From contig CBDIIB010000002.1 in the NCBI GenBank assembly GCA_965279525.1, positions 352,001 to 416,000 on the forward strand: a stretch of DNA of 64,000 bases, read 5' to 3'. The first letter of the stretch is position 1; each line of letters opens with the position of its first letter. Below the pieces are notes generated by a model, which worked only from the letters and a program-made list of their open reading frames with translations, ran no database searches and was not told the DNA's origin. The position numbers and the translations under genes are program-made. Source of the DNA: Tagaea sp. (GTDB lineage Bacteria; Pseudomonadota; Alphaproteobacteria; CACIAM-22H2). Below are positions 26,872-35,624 of this stretch, one piece after another.

Positions 26872-27063
26872 ATGGAAATGGAATACGGTCCGTTCGGCGT
26901 CGCCAACCTGATCGCCGATGCCGGTCGTGGCATCGCGCACGCGTGGAGTGCCGCGACGGGCAGCGAAAAGCTGACGTGGATGCTGCTCATCGCCGCATTT
27001 CCGGCAGTGGCATATGCCGTCTGGCGCCTGGCCGGACGACACGGCCCTCGGCACTACGGCTGA
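26872..27063 (+). CDS. Small single-TM hypothetical protein
   Basis: AAAGGGG RBS; 63 aa with WMLLIAAFPAVAYAVW. Confidence 0.55.
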   Translation: MEMEYGPFGVANLIADAGRGIAHAWSAATGSEKLTWMLLIAAFPAVAYAVWRLAGRHGPRHYG

Positions 27064-27097
27064 GCATCAAATCGAAACGACAACGTGGAGACAGTCG

Positions 27098-27283
27098 ATG
27101 GACAAGGACCGCATCAAAGGCTCGCTCAAGCAGATCACCGGCGGCATCAAGGAAGCGGCCGGCAAGCTTCTCGGCGACAAGAAGACGGAGACGGCCGGCA
27201 AGATCGAGAAGGCGGACGGTGCCGTCCAGAATGCCATCGGCGGAATGAAGGACAGCATCCGCGAGACGATGGGAAAGAAATAG
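27098..27283 (+). CDS. csbD: CsbD family stress protein
   Basis: MDKDRIKG..KQ..G.IKE.AGK..GD.K....GK.EK..G.VQN.IGG.KD. Confidence 0.92.
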   Translation: MDKDRIKGSLKQITGGIKEAAGKLLGDKKTETAGKIEKADGAVQNAIGGMKDSIRETMGKK

Positions 27284-27321
27284 TGCCCAACTCATACAGC
27301 CAGAACTGGAGTCAGAAAGTC

Positions 27322-27636
27322 ATGATCAACACAAGATCGGTTCTCAATGCCACTTTTGCGGGCTTGCTTGCACTTTCGATCGTCGGCTGTGCCGGAACCA
27401 GCACCACGTCAAGCGCCGGCGAATATATCGACGACTCGGTGATCAGCAATACGGTCCGCTCCCAGGTGATTGCCGACAAGGACCTGAAGCTCACCCAGAT
27501 CGACGTCGAGACCTTCAAGGGCGTCGTCCAGCTGAGCGGCTTCGTCGACACGCAGGCCGCCAAGTCGCGCGCCGGCTGGGTCGCCGGCGGCGTCAACGGC
27601 GTCAAGCAGGTCCATAACAACCTGATCGTCAAATAA
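27322..27636 (+). CDS. BON-domain lipoprotein
   Basis: Lipobox IVGC; GEYIDDSVI..V...I.VETFKGVVQLSGFV. Confidence 0.92.
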   Translation: MINTRSVLNATFAGLLALSIVGCAGTSTTSSAGEYIDDSVISNTVRSQVIADKDLKLTQIDVETFKGVVQLSGFVDTQAAKSRAGWVAGGVNGVKQVHNNLIVK

Positions 27637-27655
27637 CGTACCGATCAGGCGGACA

Positions 27656-27697
27656 GACGGAAAAGCCCGGCACGCATGCGTGCCGGGCTTTTCCGTC
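27656..27697. terminator. Perfect 42-bp palindrome; bidirectional terminator
   Basis: GACGGAAAAGCCCGGCACGCA|TGCGTGCCGGGCTTTTCCGTC between the convergent BON and OmpA genes. Confidence 0.85.
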
Positions 27698-27747
27698 GTG
27701 GCAGGTGGCGTTGCCGGCCCGTCGTGGCGACGGACCGGCGAAGCCGA

Positions 27748-28221
27748 TCAGTTGAACAGCTTCACGACGGTGATGTCGACGACGCGGTTGCGACGGTCTG
27801 CGGCATCGTCGGCCGTGGCGACTTCCTGCTTGGTCTCGCCGGTCCAGGTCGTGTCGATACGGCCGGAGGGCACGCCCGCCGCGATCAGTGCGCTGCGGAC
27901 AGTGTCCGCACGGCGCTGCGACAGGATCATGTTGGCCGACTGGGTGCCGACGCGATCGGTCTTGCCGATGACGTTCACGCGGGTGGTCGAGTTGTTCGTC
28001 ACGACATAAGCGACGTTGCGGACGATCGTCCGGCCGCGGTCGCCGATTTCGGTGCTGTTGGTGTCGAAATAGATCTCGTACCAGGCGCCGGCGAGTTCGG
28101 GGCCGGCGACCGAGGCGACCGGTGCCGATGCAGTTGCAGCCGGCTGCTGCGTGCAGGCGGCTCCCATTGCGAGTGCGAGCGTGGCGACGAAGGCGCGTGC
28201 GATCGTGGAATGCGATGTCAT
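27748..28221 (-). CDS. OmpA-family lipoprotein
   Basis: Lipobox GAAC; IYFDTNS, V.GKTDRVG...N..LSQRRAD.V, RNRVV. Confidence 0.9.
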   Translation of the reverse strand: MTSHSTIARAFVATLALAMGAACTQQPAATASAPVASVAGPELAGAWYEIYFDTNSTEIGDRGRTIVRNVAYVVTNNSTTRVNVIGKTDRVGTQSANMILSQRRADTVRSALIAAGVPSGRIDTTWTGETKQEVATADDAADRRNRVVDITVVKLFN

Positions 28222-28258
28222 TGGATTCTCCGTTCTCTGATGTTGGGATGCAGCTGGC

Positions 28259-28501
28259 TCAGCGCCAGATGGGTCGTCCGAGATTGATCTGCTTTTCGTT
28301 GGTCAGCGCACCGGTGCCACCGCCGACGGCGCCGCCGATCAGTGCGCCTTCGAGAGGTGCCCCGACCATCAGCCCGCCAAGCAGGCCGACGCCGGCACCG
28401 ATGCCGGCACCGGATGCGGCGCGATCACCGGTCGTGTTCCCGCATGCCGCGAGTGTAAGAAGCAGTGCCAGAAGCACCGCCGAGTTCCTTGTCCGATTCA
28501 T
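28259..28501 (-). CDS. Glycine-zipper lipoprotein
   Basis: LAACG.T.GDRA.SGAGIGA...GALIGGAVG...GALT....INLG.P.W. Confidence 0.85.
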   Translation of the reverse strand: MNRTRNSAVLLALLLTLAACGNTTGDRAASGAGIGAGVGLLGGLMVGAPLEGALIGGAVGGGTGALTNEKQINLGRPIWR

Positions 28502-28534
28502 GTTCTGTCTCCGGTTGGTTCGAAAGCGCGGATT

Positions 28535-29011
28535 TCAGCGCGGGATGCACTGGAAGGTCGCCGTCTTCGACCCGTTCGCGTTCATGCCGATGTTCGAGAC
28601 AGTCTGCTGCTGTCCGCTGTTCGAGCAGTAAAGCTGGGCATTGCGGGACCCATCGAGAAGCTCCTGGTCCGTCCGATAGGTGTAGGACAGGTTCTGATTG
28701 GCCTGCGCCATCTGGGGAGCCATCGGACCGGCCGGGACACAGTCGAATACGACGCTGCGGCCGCCGTTCGCCTCGTTGGCGAAGCGCACGGTCTGCGGTA
28801 CCGATTGATAGCGGTTGCAGAACATCGAAGCGCTCTGGTTGGCCTGGATGAGTTCGGAATCGCTTGTGTAGGTGTAGGTGACGCTTGGATTGGTCGCCTT
28901 GACCTGCATGGGTGCCGAACTCTGAGGCGTGCAGGCTGCCACGGCGAGGCCTGCCACGATCGCGGCCGCGAAGGCACCCGCTGTACGCGCATGTCCGAAT
29001 AGGATCGACAT
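28535..29011 (-). CDS. Lipoprotein with two tandem Cys-containing repeats
   Basis: Lipobox VAAC; VTYTYTSDSEL..C..FDC and LSYTYRTDQEL..C..FQC; GGGAGA RBS. Confidence 0.75.
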   Translation of the reverse strand: MSILFGHARTAGAFAAAIVAGLAVAACTPQSSAPMQVKATNPSVTYTYTSDSELIQANQSASMFCNRYQSVPQTVRFANEANGGRSVVFDCVPAGPMAPQMAQANQNLSYTYRTDQELLDGSRNAQLYCSNSGQQQTVSNIGMNANGSKTATFQCIPR

Positions 29012-29115
29012 CGGGATTTCTCCCTTTCATTGTTTGTTTGTTTTCGGGCTACAAGCCGGTCTCGGGCTTGGCCTGATGCTGCGACTTTATGAGTCTGTCG
29101 CCTGGCGCGGTAGGA

Positions 29116-29130
29116 TCGGAATCTACCTAG
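29116..29130 (-). promoter_or_regulatory. FixJ-like box 3, CTAGGTAGATTCCGA
   Basis: 26 bp upstream of TAAAGT (29084-29089). Confidence 0.7.
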
Positions 29131-29135
29131 GGTTT

Positions 29136-29300
29136 TCAGATCCGCCCGAGCAGGATCAGGACGATCACGATGATCAGGATCGTGCCGAGTACCCCGACGC
29201 CGCCGTGCCCGAATCCGTACCCGTAACCGCCGAAGCGGCCGCTGAAACCGCCGAGCAGGAAGATGACGAGGATGATGGCGAGAATGGTGCCGAGCGACAT
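29136..29300 (-). CDS. DUF3309-family small membrane protein (absent from ORF track, 54 aa)
   Basis: MSLGTILAIILVIFLLGGFSGRFGGYGYGFGHGGVGVLGTILIIVIVLILLGRI. Confidence 0.88.
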   Translation of the reverse strand: MSLGTILAIILVIFLLGGFSGRFGGYGYGFGHGGVGVLGTILIIVIVLILLGRI

Positions 29301-29391
29301 TGCAGGAATTCCTTGATGTGGGTGGCGTGCCGCCGGCCAGCCCGGGGTTCGCGCGCGCTTATATCGCGCGGCGTCCGGTCGGCGGCCAGCC

Positions 29392-29406
29392 CCGGAAACT
29401 ACTCAG
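29392..29406 (-). promoter_or_regulatory. FixJ-like box 4, CTGAGTAGTTTCCGG
   Basis: 28 bp upstream of TATAAG (29358-29363), ahead of DUF3309. Confidence 0.6.
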
Positions 29407-29963
29407 GGGCCGAAGGCGGACAGGAACGCGATCGGGTCGGCCCGGATGACGGCAGCATGCGTGTCGATCCGTGCCGCGTCGGACGCCACGAACACGCCAC
29501 GCGCATGTGCGAAATCCGGGCTGGTGCCATGCGCAATGACGATGTATCCGTCCGCCTTCACGGCGAACTCGTACTGGACCACGCTGTCGCTCGGGATTCC
29601 GATCCCGGATAGCGCGATTCCGATCGCATTCGATCCGCCGGTGCGGTTCGCGTCGTCGACGGCCGACATCGCCCTCGTCGCGAGGCTCCCGAGCACGATG
29701 ACATGGCCGACGGCCGGCACGGTCACGAACAGGCCACCCGAAAACAGGCTCCAAAGACGCGCCCAGAACGCACCGCGTTCGCCCCAGAAGCGGACTTTCC
29801 CTCCGGTGTCGAAAAAGCCGACGGCCTTGTCGCCCCGGTCGTAGGCTTTCCCGAGAACGCTGAGGGAATCGACCGCAAACCCCTCCTGCGTGAGGCGCCG
29901 CACGGCAACCTCGGCGGCCCCATGGTCGGCGAAAACGGCGATGACCGAGCCAGATGCATGCAT
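29403..29963 (-). CDS. General stress protein (17M/DUF1269-like) membrane protein
   Basis: VIAVF.DH..AE.AV..L...GF....LS..GK.Y...FWG..GAFW..LW..., IGIP.DSV.QYE..VKAD. Confidence 0.8.
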   Translation of the reverse strand: MHASGSVIAVFADHGAAEVAVRRLTQEGFAVDSLSVLGKAYDRGDKAVGFFDTGGKVRFWGERGAFWARLWSLFSGGLFVTVPAVGHVIVLGSLATRAMSAVDDANRTGGSNAIGIALSGIGIPSDSVVQYEFAVKADGYIVIAHGTSPDFAHARGVFVASDAARIDTHAAVIRADPIAFLSAFGP

Positions 29964-30059
29964 TTTTCGCCCTCGAGACGGGAATCGAATGACGGTTCCA
30001 CATCGCCGTACGTCGAACCGGGCAACCATCTAGACCTCGATGCGGTCTCCGGGCGAGCA

Positions 30060-30074
30060 TCGGAATCTACCTAT
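30060..30074 (-). promoter_or_regulatory. FixJ-like box 5, ATAGGTAGATTCCGA
   Basis: 27 bp upstream of TAGATG (30027-30032). Confidence 0.6.
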
Positions 30075-30174
30075 ACCCAGTTCACGCGACCGGACCCTCG
30101 ATTTACGCCTTCGGGGCGCGGATGCGTGATAGCTTTCCTCGAATGACATTCCGCGCGCCGACCTACACGGATCG

Positions 30175-32439
30175 ATGACTGCAATGCGCGGCACAAAGTC
30201 CCCGTCGATTGGCAAGGTGCCGCTGGCGCAGATGGGACAGGCGGCTGATCGACGCACGATGGCGAACGATCTGCGGAACGTCCTCTACAGCACAGATGTC
30301 GCGACGATCTTTCTGGATACGTCATTGAACATCCGCCTCTTCACGCCGGCCACGACGGCGCTCTTCCGTGTGGTTCCGGACGATATCGGGCGGCCGCTGG
30401 CCGATCTGCAGTCGCTGGCTTCGGATGCGACGCTGCTGGCCGACGCACATGCCGTGCTGGCGGACCTGACGCCGATCGAACGGGAGATCGGTGCTGCGAG
30501 CGGTGCCTGGTTCATCCGGCGGGTCCTGCCGTGCCGCGCGCCGGACGACGCGGTCGAGGGCGTGGTCATCACGTTCACGGACGTAACGGAGAGAAAACTT
30601 ATCGCACTTGCACTGGAGGCGGCGAAGCACCAGGCCGAGCAAGCGAATATCGCCAAGTCGCGCTTTCTTGCTGCGGCAAGCCACGATCTTCGTCAGCCGC
30701 TGCAGACGCTCGCGTTGCTCCAGGGATTGCTCGCGAAAACTGCCGACGCGACGAAAATGCAGAAACTTGTCGTGCGGCTCGACGAAGCGCTGGCCACGAT
30801 GTCGGGCATGCTCAATACGCTCCTCGACATCAACCAGATCGAAGCCGGGATCGTGAAGGCCGAGATCGCCCGGTTTCCGGTCGACGCACTCCTCGACCGG
30901 GTTCGGGAGGAGTACGCGGACCAGGCGGAATCCGACGGATTGAAGCTCAGGGTCGTCGGGTGCGGCGTGTTGGTCGCGAGCGACAGGCACCTGCTCGAGC
31001 AGATGCTCCGCAATCTCGTCTCGAACGCGCTCAAATACACCAAGCGTGGCAAGGTCCTGGTGGGCTGCCGCCGTCGGGCCGGCCTGTTGAGCATCGAAGT
31101 CTGGGATACGGGCATCGGCATCCCGGCGACGGAGCTCGAAGCGATCTTCGAAGAGTACCATCAGCTCGGCAATGTCGCACGGCAGAGAAGTCTCGGCCTT
31201 GGCCTCGGCCTGTCGATCGTGAAGCGTTTGAGCTTGCTCCTCAAGCACAAGATCCGTGTGCGCTCGAGATTGGGCGGAGGCTCCGTCTTCGCGATTGATA
31301 TTCCGACGAAGGGCGATTCGGTTCCTGCAGGCATCGCGTCGAGCGTCCGTGACGCGGCTGCCGAAGAAAGTCCGAAAGCCCGGCGAACCGGCACCGTTCT
31401 CGTGGTCGAGGACGATCCGGAAGTACGGGATCTGCTGGAACTCCTGCTTGCCGAGGAAGGCCATCGGGTCGTCACCGCCTCGGATGGAGTCGTCGCACTC
31501 GGGCTCGTCAAGACCGGCAAGGCGCATCCCGACATCGTCCTGGCCGACTATAATCTTCCGAACGGTCTCGATGGACTTCAGACCATCGCGAAGGTCCGCG
31601 AGAGCCTTCGCCGGCTCGTGCCGGCGATTGTCCTGACCGGCGACATTTCGACCGGAGCATTGAGCAATATCGCGCGACACAGCTGCATTCTTCTCAACAA
31701 ACCGGTGAAGACGAAGGAACTGGTGCAGGCCATCCAGCGACAGCTGGGCGGTCTGACGCCCGACGTCGAAGCACCGCAAGCGACTGGCAGGGGCGCAAGC
31801 GGTCCGGAACGTGCGGTCGTTTACGTCGTCGACGATGACGATGGCGTGCGCGGCGCATTGCGAAGTGTGCTCGAGGCGGATGGACATGCTGTCGAGGACT
31901 ACGGCAGCGGCGAGTCGTTCCTGGCGGCATTCCGCCCCGGCGGCGAAGGCTGCCTGCTGGTGGATGCCCATCTGCCCGGAATGAGCGGACTCGAGCTTCT
32001 GCAGCATCTGCGCGCCGCCGGCAGCCGGCTTCCGGCGATCATGATAACGGGTGGCGGCGATATCTCGATGGCCGTGGAAGCGATGAAGGCCGGTGCCGCC
32101 GACTTCGTCGAGAAGCCGATCGGCGCTGCCGATCTTTCCGCAAGCGTGGAAAGGGCTCTCGATCGGTCGAAGGATTCGAACAAGCTTGCGGCTTGGCTGA
32201 CGAGCGCAAGCGATCAGGTCTCCAGCCTGAGCAGCCGCCAGCGCCAGATCATGGACATGGTCCTGGCTGGCCATCCCAGCAAGAACATCGCTGCGGATCT
32301 CGCCATCAGCCAGCGCACGGTCGAAAACCATCGTTCGGAGATCATGAAGCGGACCGGGGCGAAGTCGTTGCCCGAGCTCGCCCGACTGGCGCTTGCCGCG
32401 GCACAGGACAAGCGCGAGGCGCCGGCAGGCCGGGAATAG
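30175..32439 (+). CDS. Hybrid sensor kinase/regulator PAS-HisKA-HATPase-REC-REC-LuxR HTH
   Basis: ASHDLRQPL H-box; NLVSNA, DTGIG, GLGLGL; two REC domains (ADYNLP, VDAHLP); FixJ-like HTH SKNIAADLAISQRTVENHR. Exact start uncertain. Confidence 0.9.
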   Translation: MTAMRGTKSPSIGKVPLAQMGQAADRRTMANDLRNVLYSTDVATIFLDTSLNIRLFTPATTALFRVVPDDIGRPLADLQSLASDATLLADAHAVLADLTPIEREIGAASGAWFIRRVLPCRAPDDAVEGVVITFTDVTERKLIALALEAAKHQAEQANIAKSRFLAAASHDLRQPLQTLALLQGLLAKTADATKMQKLVVRLDEALATMSGMLNTLLDINQIEAGIVKAEIARFPVDALLDRVREEYADQAESDGLKLRVVGCGVLVASDRHLLEQMLRNLVSNALKYTKRGKVLVGCRRRAGLLSIEVWDTGIGIPATELEAIFEEYHQLGNVARQRSLGLGLGLSIVKRLSLLLKHKIRVRSRLGGGSVFAIDIPTKGDSVPAGIASSVRDAAAEESPKARRTGTVLVVEDDPEVRDLLELLLAEEGHRVVTASDGVVALGLVKTGKAHPDIVLADYNLPNGLDGLQTIAKVRESLRRLVPAIVLTGDISTGALSNIARHSCILLNKPVKTKELVQAIQRQLGGLTPDVEAPQATGRGASGPERAVVYVVDDDDGVRGALRSVLEADGHAVEDYGSGESFLAAFRPGGEGCLLVDAHLPGMSGLELLQHLRAAGSRLPAIMITGGGDISMAVEAMKAGAADFVEKPIGAADLSASVERALDRSKDSNKLAAWLTSASDQVSSLSSRQRQIMDMVLAGHPSKNIAADLAISQRTVENHRSEIMKRTGAKSLPELARLALAAAQDKREAPAGRE

Positions 32440-32511
32440 TCTCTCGACCGCGATCGATCCCCGGGCCGTACTGGACGTCAAGGGCATCGGGCGGCGATAC
32501 TCGGGAGTATC

Positions 32512-33216
32512 ATGAAGCTGTCTCGTCGGAACTTCGGGATGGGGATGCTCGGCGCGCTGGCCGGAATCCCGTCGCGCGCGCCCGCACAAGGTGGCGATGT
32601 CGACATGTTGCTCGTCCTGCTGAATGACGGTTCGGGCTCGATCGACGCGGACGAGTACCGGCTGCAGCGCGAAGGGACGGCATCGGCACTCGAACGGCCG
32701 GAGATCCTGCAGGCGATCGCACGTCTGCCGACGCGCTCGATCGCTGTCGCTTACGGCGAGTGGGGCTCGCCTGGTGCGCCGCAGGTCATCGTGCCGTGGA
32801 TGCGCATCGCGGGTCCCGAGGATGCAGAGCGCTTTGCAGGTCTGCTTGTCGCCGCCCCGCGGCATTTCCAGAGCTGGAACGCGATCGGCGACGGGCTCGC
32901 GGTCGCGACCGACCTGATCCGGGACGCTCCTTTCCGTGCCGCGCGCGCGAAGATCGACATCGCAGGCGACGGACCGGACATGCGCGGCCTGATGCCCGCG
33001 GCCGCGGCCCGCGATCGCGCGGTTGCGGCCGGCATCACGATCAACGCGCTTGCCATCCAGTCCGAAGGGTCGGGGCCGGCAATGCGGCTGACAAATCTGC
33101 GCGCACACTACGAGGACCACGTGATCGGCGGACCGGGCGCTTTCGTCGCAACCGCCCGAGATCGGATCGATTTTGCCTATGCGATTTTCAACAAGATGGT
33201 GCGCGAGCTTTCCTGA
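32512..33216 (+). CDS. DUF1194 (vWA-like) protein with Tat signal
   Basis: SRRNF; DGSGSID..EY.LQ.EG; IDIAGDGP; GITINAL; VIGGPGAF. Confidence 0.88.
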   Translation: MKLSRRNFGMGMLGALAGIPSRAPAQGGDVDMLLVLLNDGSGSIDADEYRLQREGTASALERPEILQAIARLPTRSIAVAYGEWGSPGAPQVIVPWMRIAGPEDAERFAGLLVAAPRHFQSWNAIGDGLAVATDLIRDAPFRAARAKIDIAGDGPDMRGLMPAAAARDRAVAAGITINALAIQSEGSGPAMRLTNLRAHYEDHVIGGPGAFVATARDRIDFAYAIFNKMVRELS

Positions 33217-33220
33217 CCCG

Positions 33221-34060
33221 TCATCGCGCGGCCGGAAGTCCGAGCAGTTCGCGGGTGATGCGGCCATCCGGCGACTGGAGCTCGTCCAGGATCGTGAAAT
33301 GATCTGCACCTGGGACGGGGACGAGGTTGCCTGCGGCATGGGACGCCGCGCGCCGCGCGTGCATCGCCCGGCTGTCGGCGACCAGTCGCGGCAACTCTGC
33401 CGTTCCGTAGGCGAACACCATCGGCTTGGCGACCACCGGAAGGCGCAGCGGTGAAAGCGTTTCGACCTCGACGTCGGTGAGCTTCAGCTTCTCGTCGAGA
33501 TACGTGTCGCGGATCGGGCCCAACTCGAATACGCCGGAGATTGATAGGCCTGCGCAGACGCGGGCGTGGTCGAGCGCCATCGCCGTCAGATGTCCACCGG
33601 CCGACCAGCCGCTCAGGACGATCGGCCCCGCAATGCCATGTGCCGGCCCCTCGGCCGCCATCCAGTCGAGCGCCGCGCGGATCTCGGCGACAATTTCGGT
33701 CAGCGTCGCATCGGGTGCAAGTGTGTAGCCCGGAAATGCCGCCGCCCAGCCATGCGCCATGACGCCTTTGGCCAGCACGCTGATCGCTTCCCGGCTGTTG
33801 CGCTGCCAGTAGCCGCCGTGGATATAGACCAGGCACGGCGCATCGGCCGAGGCGGCGGGGAACAGATCCCAGCGGTTTCGCTCGCGCGGACCGTAGGGAA
33901 GGTCGAGGCCCTTGGGATGTCTGGCGCGGAACTCGGCCGAGGCCGCCGCCCGCTCGGCGAGAATGCGCCCGCTTTCCTTGACGGCTGCCGTGTTGTTGTA
34001 GGCCGCATCGCGCGCCGGGCGCGAGAGGCGGGCCCAGTCGTCACCGGTCCCCGGCGTCAT
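33221..34060 (-). CDS. Alpha/beta hydrolase, arylformamidase-like
   Basis: HGGYWQ, GWSAGG, GADHF. Confidence 0.85.
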   Translation of the reverse strand: MTPGTGDDWARLSRPARDAAYNNTAAVKESGRILAERAAASAEFRARHPKGLDLPYGPRERNRWDLFPAASADAPCLVYIHGGYWQRNSREAISVLAKGVMAHGWAAAFPGYTLAPDATLTEIVAEIRAALDWMAAEGPAHGIAGPIVLSGWSAGGHLTAMALDHARVCAGLSISGVFELGPIRDTYLDEKLKLTDVEVETLSPLRLPVVAKPMVFAYGTAELPRLVADSRAMHARRAASHAAGNLVPVPGADHFTILDELQSPDGRITRELLGLPAAR

Positions 34061-34830
34061 GCAGCACTTGCCGCCTTGCCGTGATGGGAATGGAGCTGTG
34101 CTGACAGCACGCGCCGCAGTTCGTTGAACTCGGGCGAGGAGACGTCGCGCGGACGCGGCAGGCCGATCCGGTTATCCGACACGATGCGTCCGGGCCCCGG
34201 GGACATGACCACGACCCGGTCGGCGAGGAAGATCGCCTCCTCGATCGAATGCGTGACGAAGATGACCGTAAGTCCCGTCTTTGCCCAGAGTTCGAGCAAT
34301 TCGTCCTGCAGCCGTTCGCGGGTCATCGCGTCGAGCGCGCCGAAGGGTTCGTCCATCAGCACGACGCGCGCGTCGTTGGCGAGCACCCGGGCGATCGCCA
34401 CGCGCTGTTTCATGCCGCCCGAAAGCTGATGCGGAAAGGCGTCGGCGAACTTGCGCAGTCCCACCACTTCGATGAAACGGTCGACGATCTCGGTGACCTT
34501 CGCGCGCGGCAGGCCGCGCGCCGCGGGGCCGAAAGCGATATTCTGCCGCACCGACAGCCACGGGAAGAGGCCATAGTCCTGGAAGACCATGCCCCGGTCC
34601 GGACCCGGCCCACCGACCGGACTTCCGGCCATCAGGACCTGGCCTTCGCTCGCCGCCTCGAAGCCCGCGACGATCCGCAGCAATGTCGATTTGCCGCAAC
34701 CCGAAGCACCGATGAGGCAGACGAACTCGCCCTGGTCGATCGCGAGATTGGCGCGCTCGAGCGCGACGATCTCGCCGGCCGGGCCGTCGAACCGCTTGGT
34801 GACGTAGTCGACGCGGATCAGTTCAGCCAT
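34057..34830 (-). CDS. NitT/TauT ABC transporter ATPase
   Basis: GASGCGKST, LSGGMKQR, MDEPFGALD. Confidence 0.93.
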   Translation of the reverse strand: MAELIRVDYVTKRFDGPAGEIVALERANLAIDQGEFVCLIGASGCGKSTLLRIVAGFEAASEGQVLMAGSPVGGPGPDRGMVFQDYGLFPWLSVRQNIAFGPAARGLPRAKVTEIVDRFIEVVGLRKFADAFPHQLSGGMKQRVAIARVLANDARVVLMDEPFGALDAMTRERLQDELLELWAKTGLTVIFVTHSIEEAIFLADRVVVMSPGPGRIVSDNRIGLPRPRDVSSPEFNELRRVLSAQLHSHHGKAASAA

Positions 34831-35608
34831 GTTGTGGGCTCCAGCGCAGCAGACGCTTGCCGAGCATCTGGACAGCCTTGTCGGAGAGATAACCGGCGAT
34901 CCCGATCACGATCATTCCGGCAATGACGATCTCGGTGCGCGACAGCTGGCGCGCATCCATGATCATGGCGCCCAAGCCCGTCTGTACGCCCGTCATCTCG
35001 CCGACGACGATGACGACCCACGAGAAGCCGAGTCCGAGCCGCAGCCCCGTGAAGATGCCGGGCATCGATGCAGGCAGCACGACCTTGAAGAACATGGCGG
35101 CCGGCCGTATCCCCAGCATCGAGGCCGCCTCGAACAGGCGCGGCTCGACGCTGCGCACGCCGAAGATGGTGTTGACGAGGATCGGATAGAACGCGCCGAG
35201 TGCGACGAGGAAGAATGCCGAACGCGGCCCGAGGCCGAAGACGATCATCGACAGCGGCAGCCACGCCGTGACCGGCACGGGCCGCAGGAGCTGGAACATC
35301 GGATCGAGCAGGTCGCGGGCGAGGGGGAGACGCCCGATGAGCATGCCCAGCGGCAGCGCCAATGCCGCCGCCATCAGGAACGCGCCGTAGACCCGGCTTG
35401 CCGACGCCAGCAGGTGCGTCAGCAGCGTGCTGCTGAACGCATCGTCGTAGACACCCCCGACCGCGACGTCGAGCATGATCACCGCCACCTCCCTGGGCGG
35501 CGGGATCAGCCCGTGGGGCGAGTTGAGCGTCCCGAGCCACCAGCCGAATAGGCAAAGGCCCGGTATCGCCGCCGCAAGCAGCGCGCGTCTTGCGTCAAAG
35601 CCGTGCAT
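34823..35608 (-). CDS. NitT/TauT ABC permease
   Basis: LRPVP..AWLPL; EAASMLG loop. Confidence 0.92.
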   Translation of the reverse strand: MHGFDARRALLAAAIPGLCLFGWWLGTLNSPHGLIPPPREVAVIMLDVAVGGVYDDAFSSTLLTHLLASASRVYGAFLMAAALALPLGMLIGRLPLARDLLDPMFQLLRPVPVTAWLPLSMIVFGLGPRSAFFLVALGAFYPILVNTIFGVRSVEPRLFEAASMLGIRPAAMFFKVVLPASMPGIFTGLRLGLGFSWVVIVVGEMTGVQTGLGAMIMDARQLSRTEIVIAGMIVIGIAGYLSDKAVQMLGKRLLRWSPQHG

Positions 35609-35624
35609 ATCTATTCGCCGGTGC

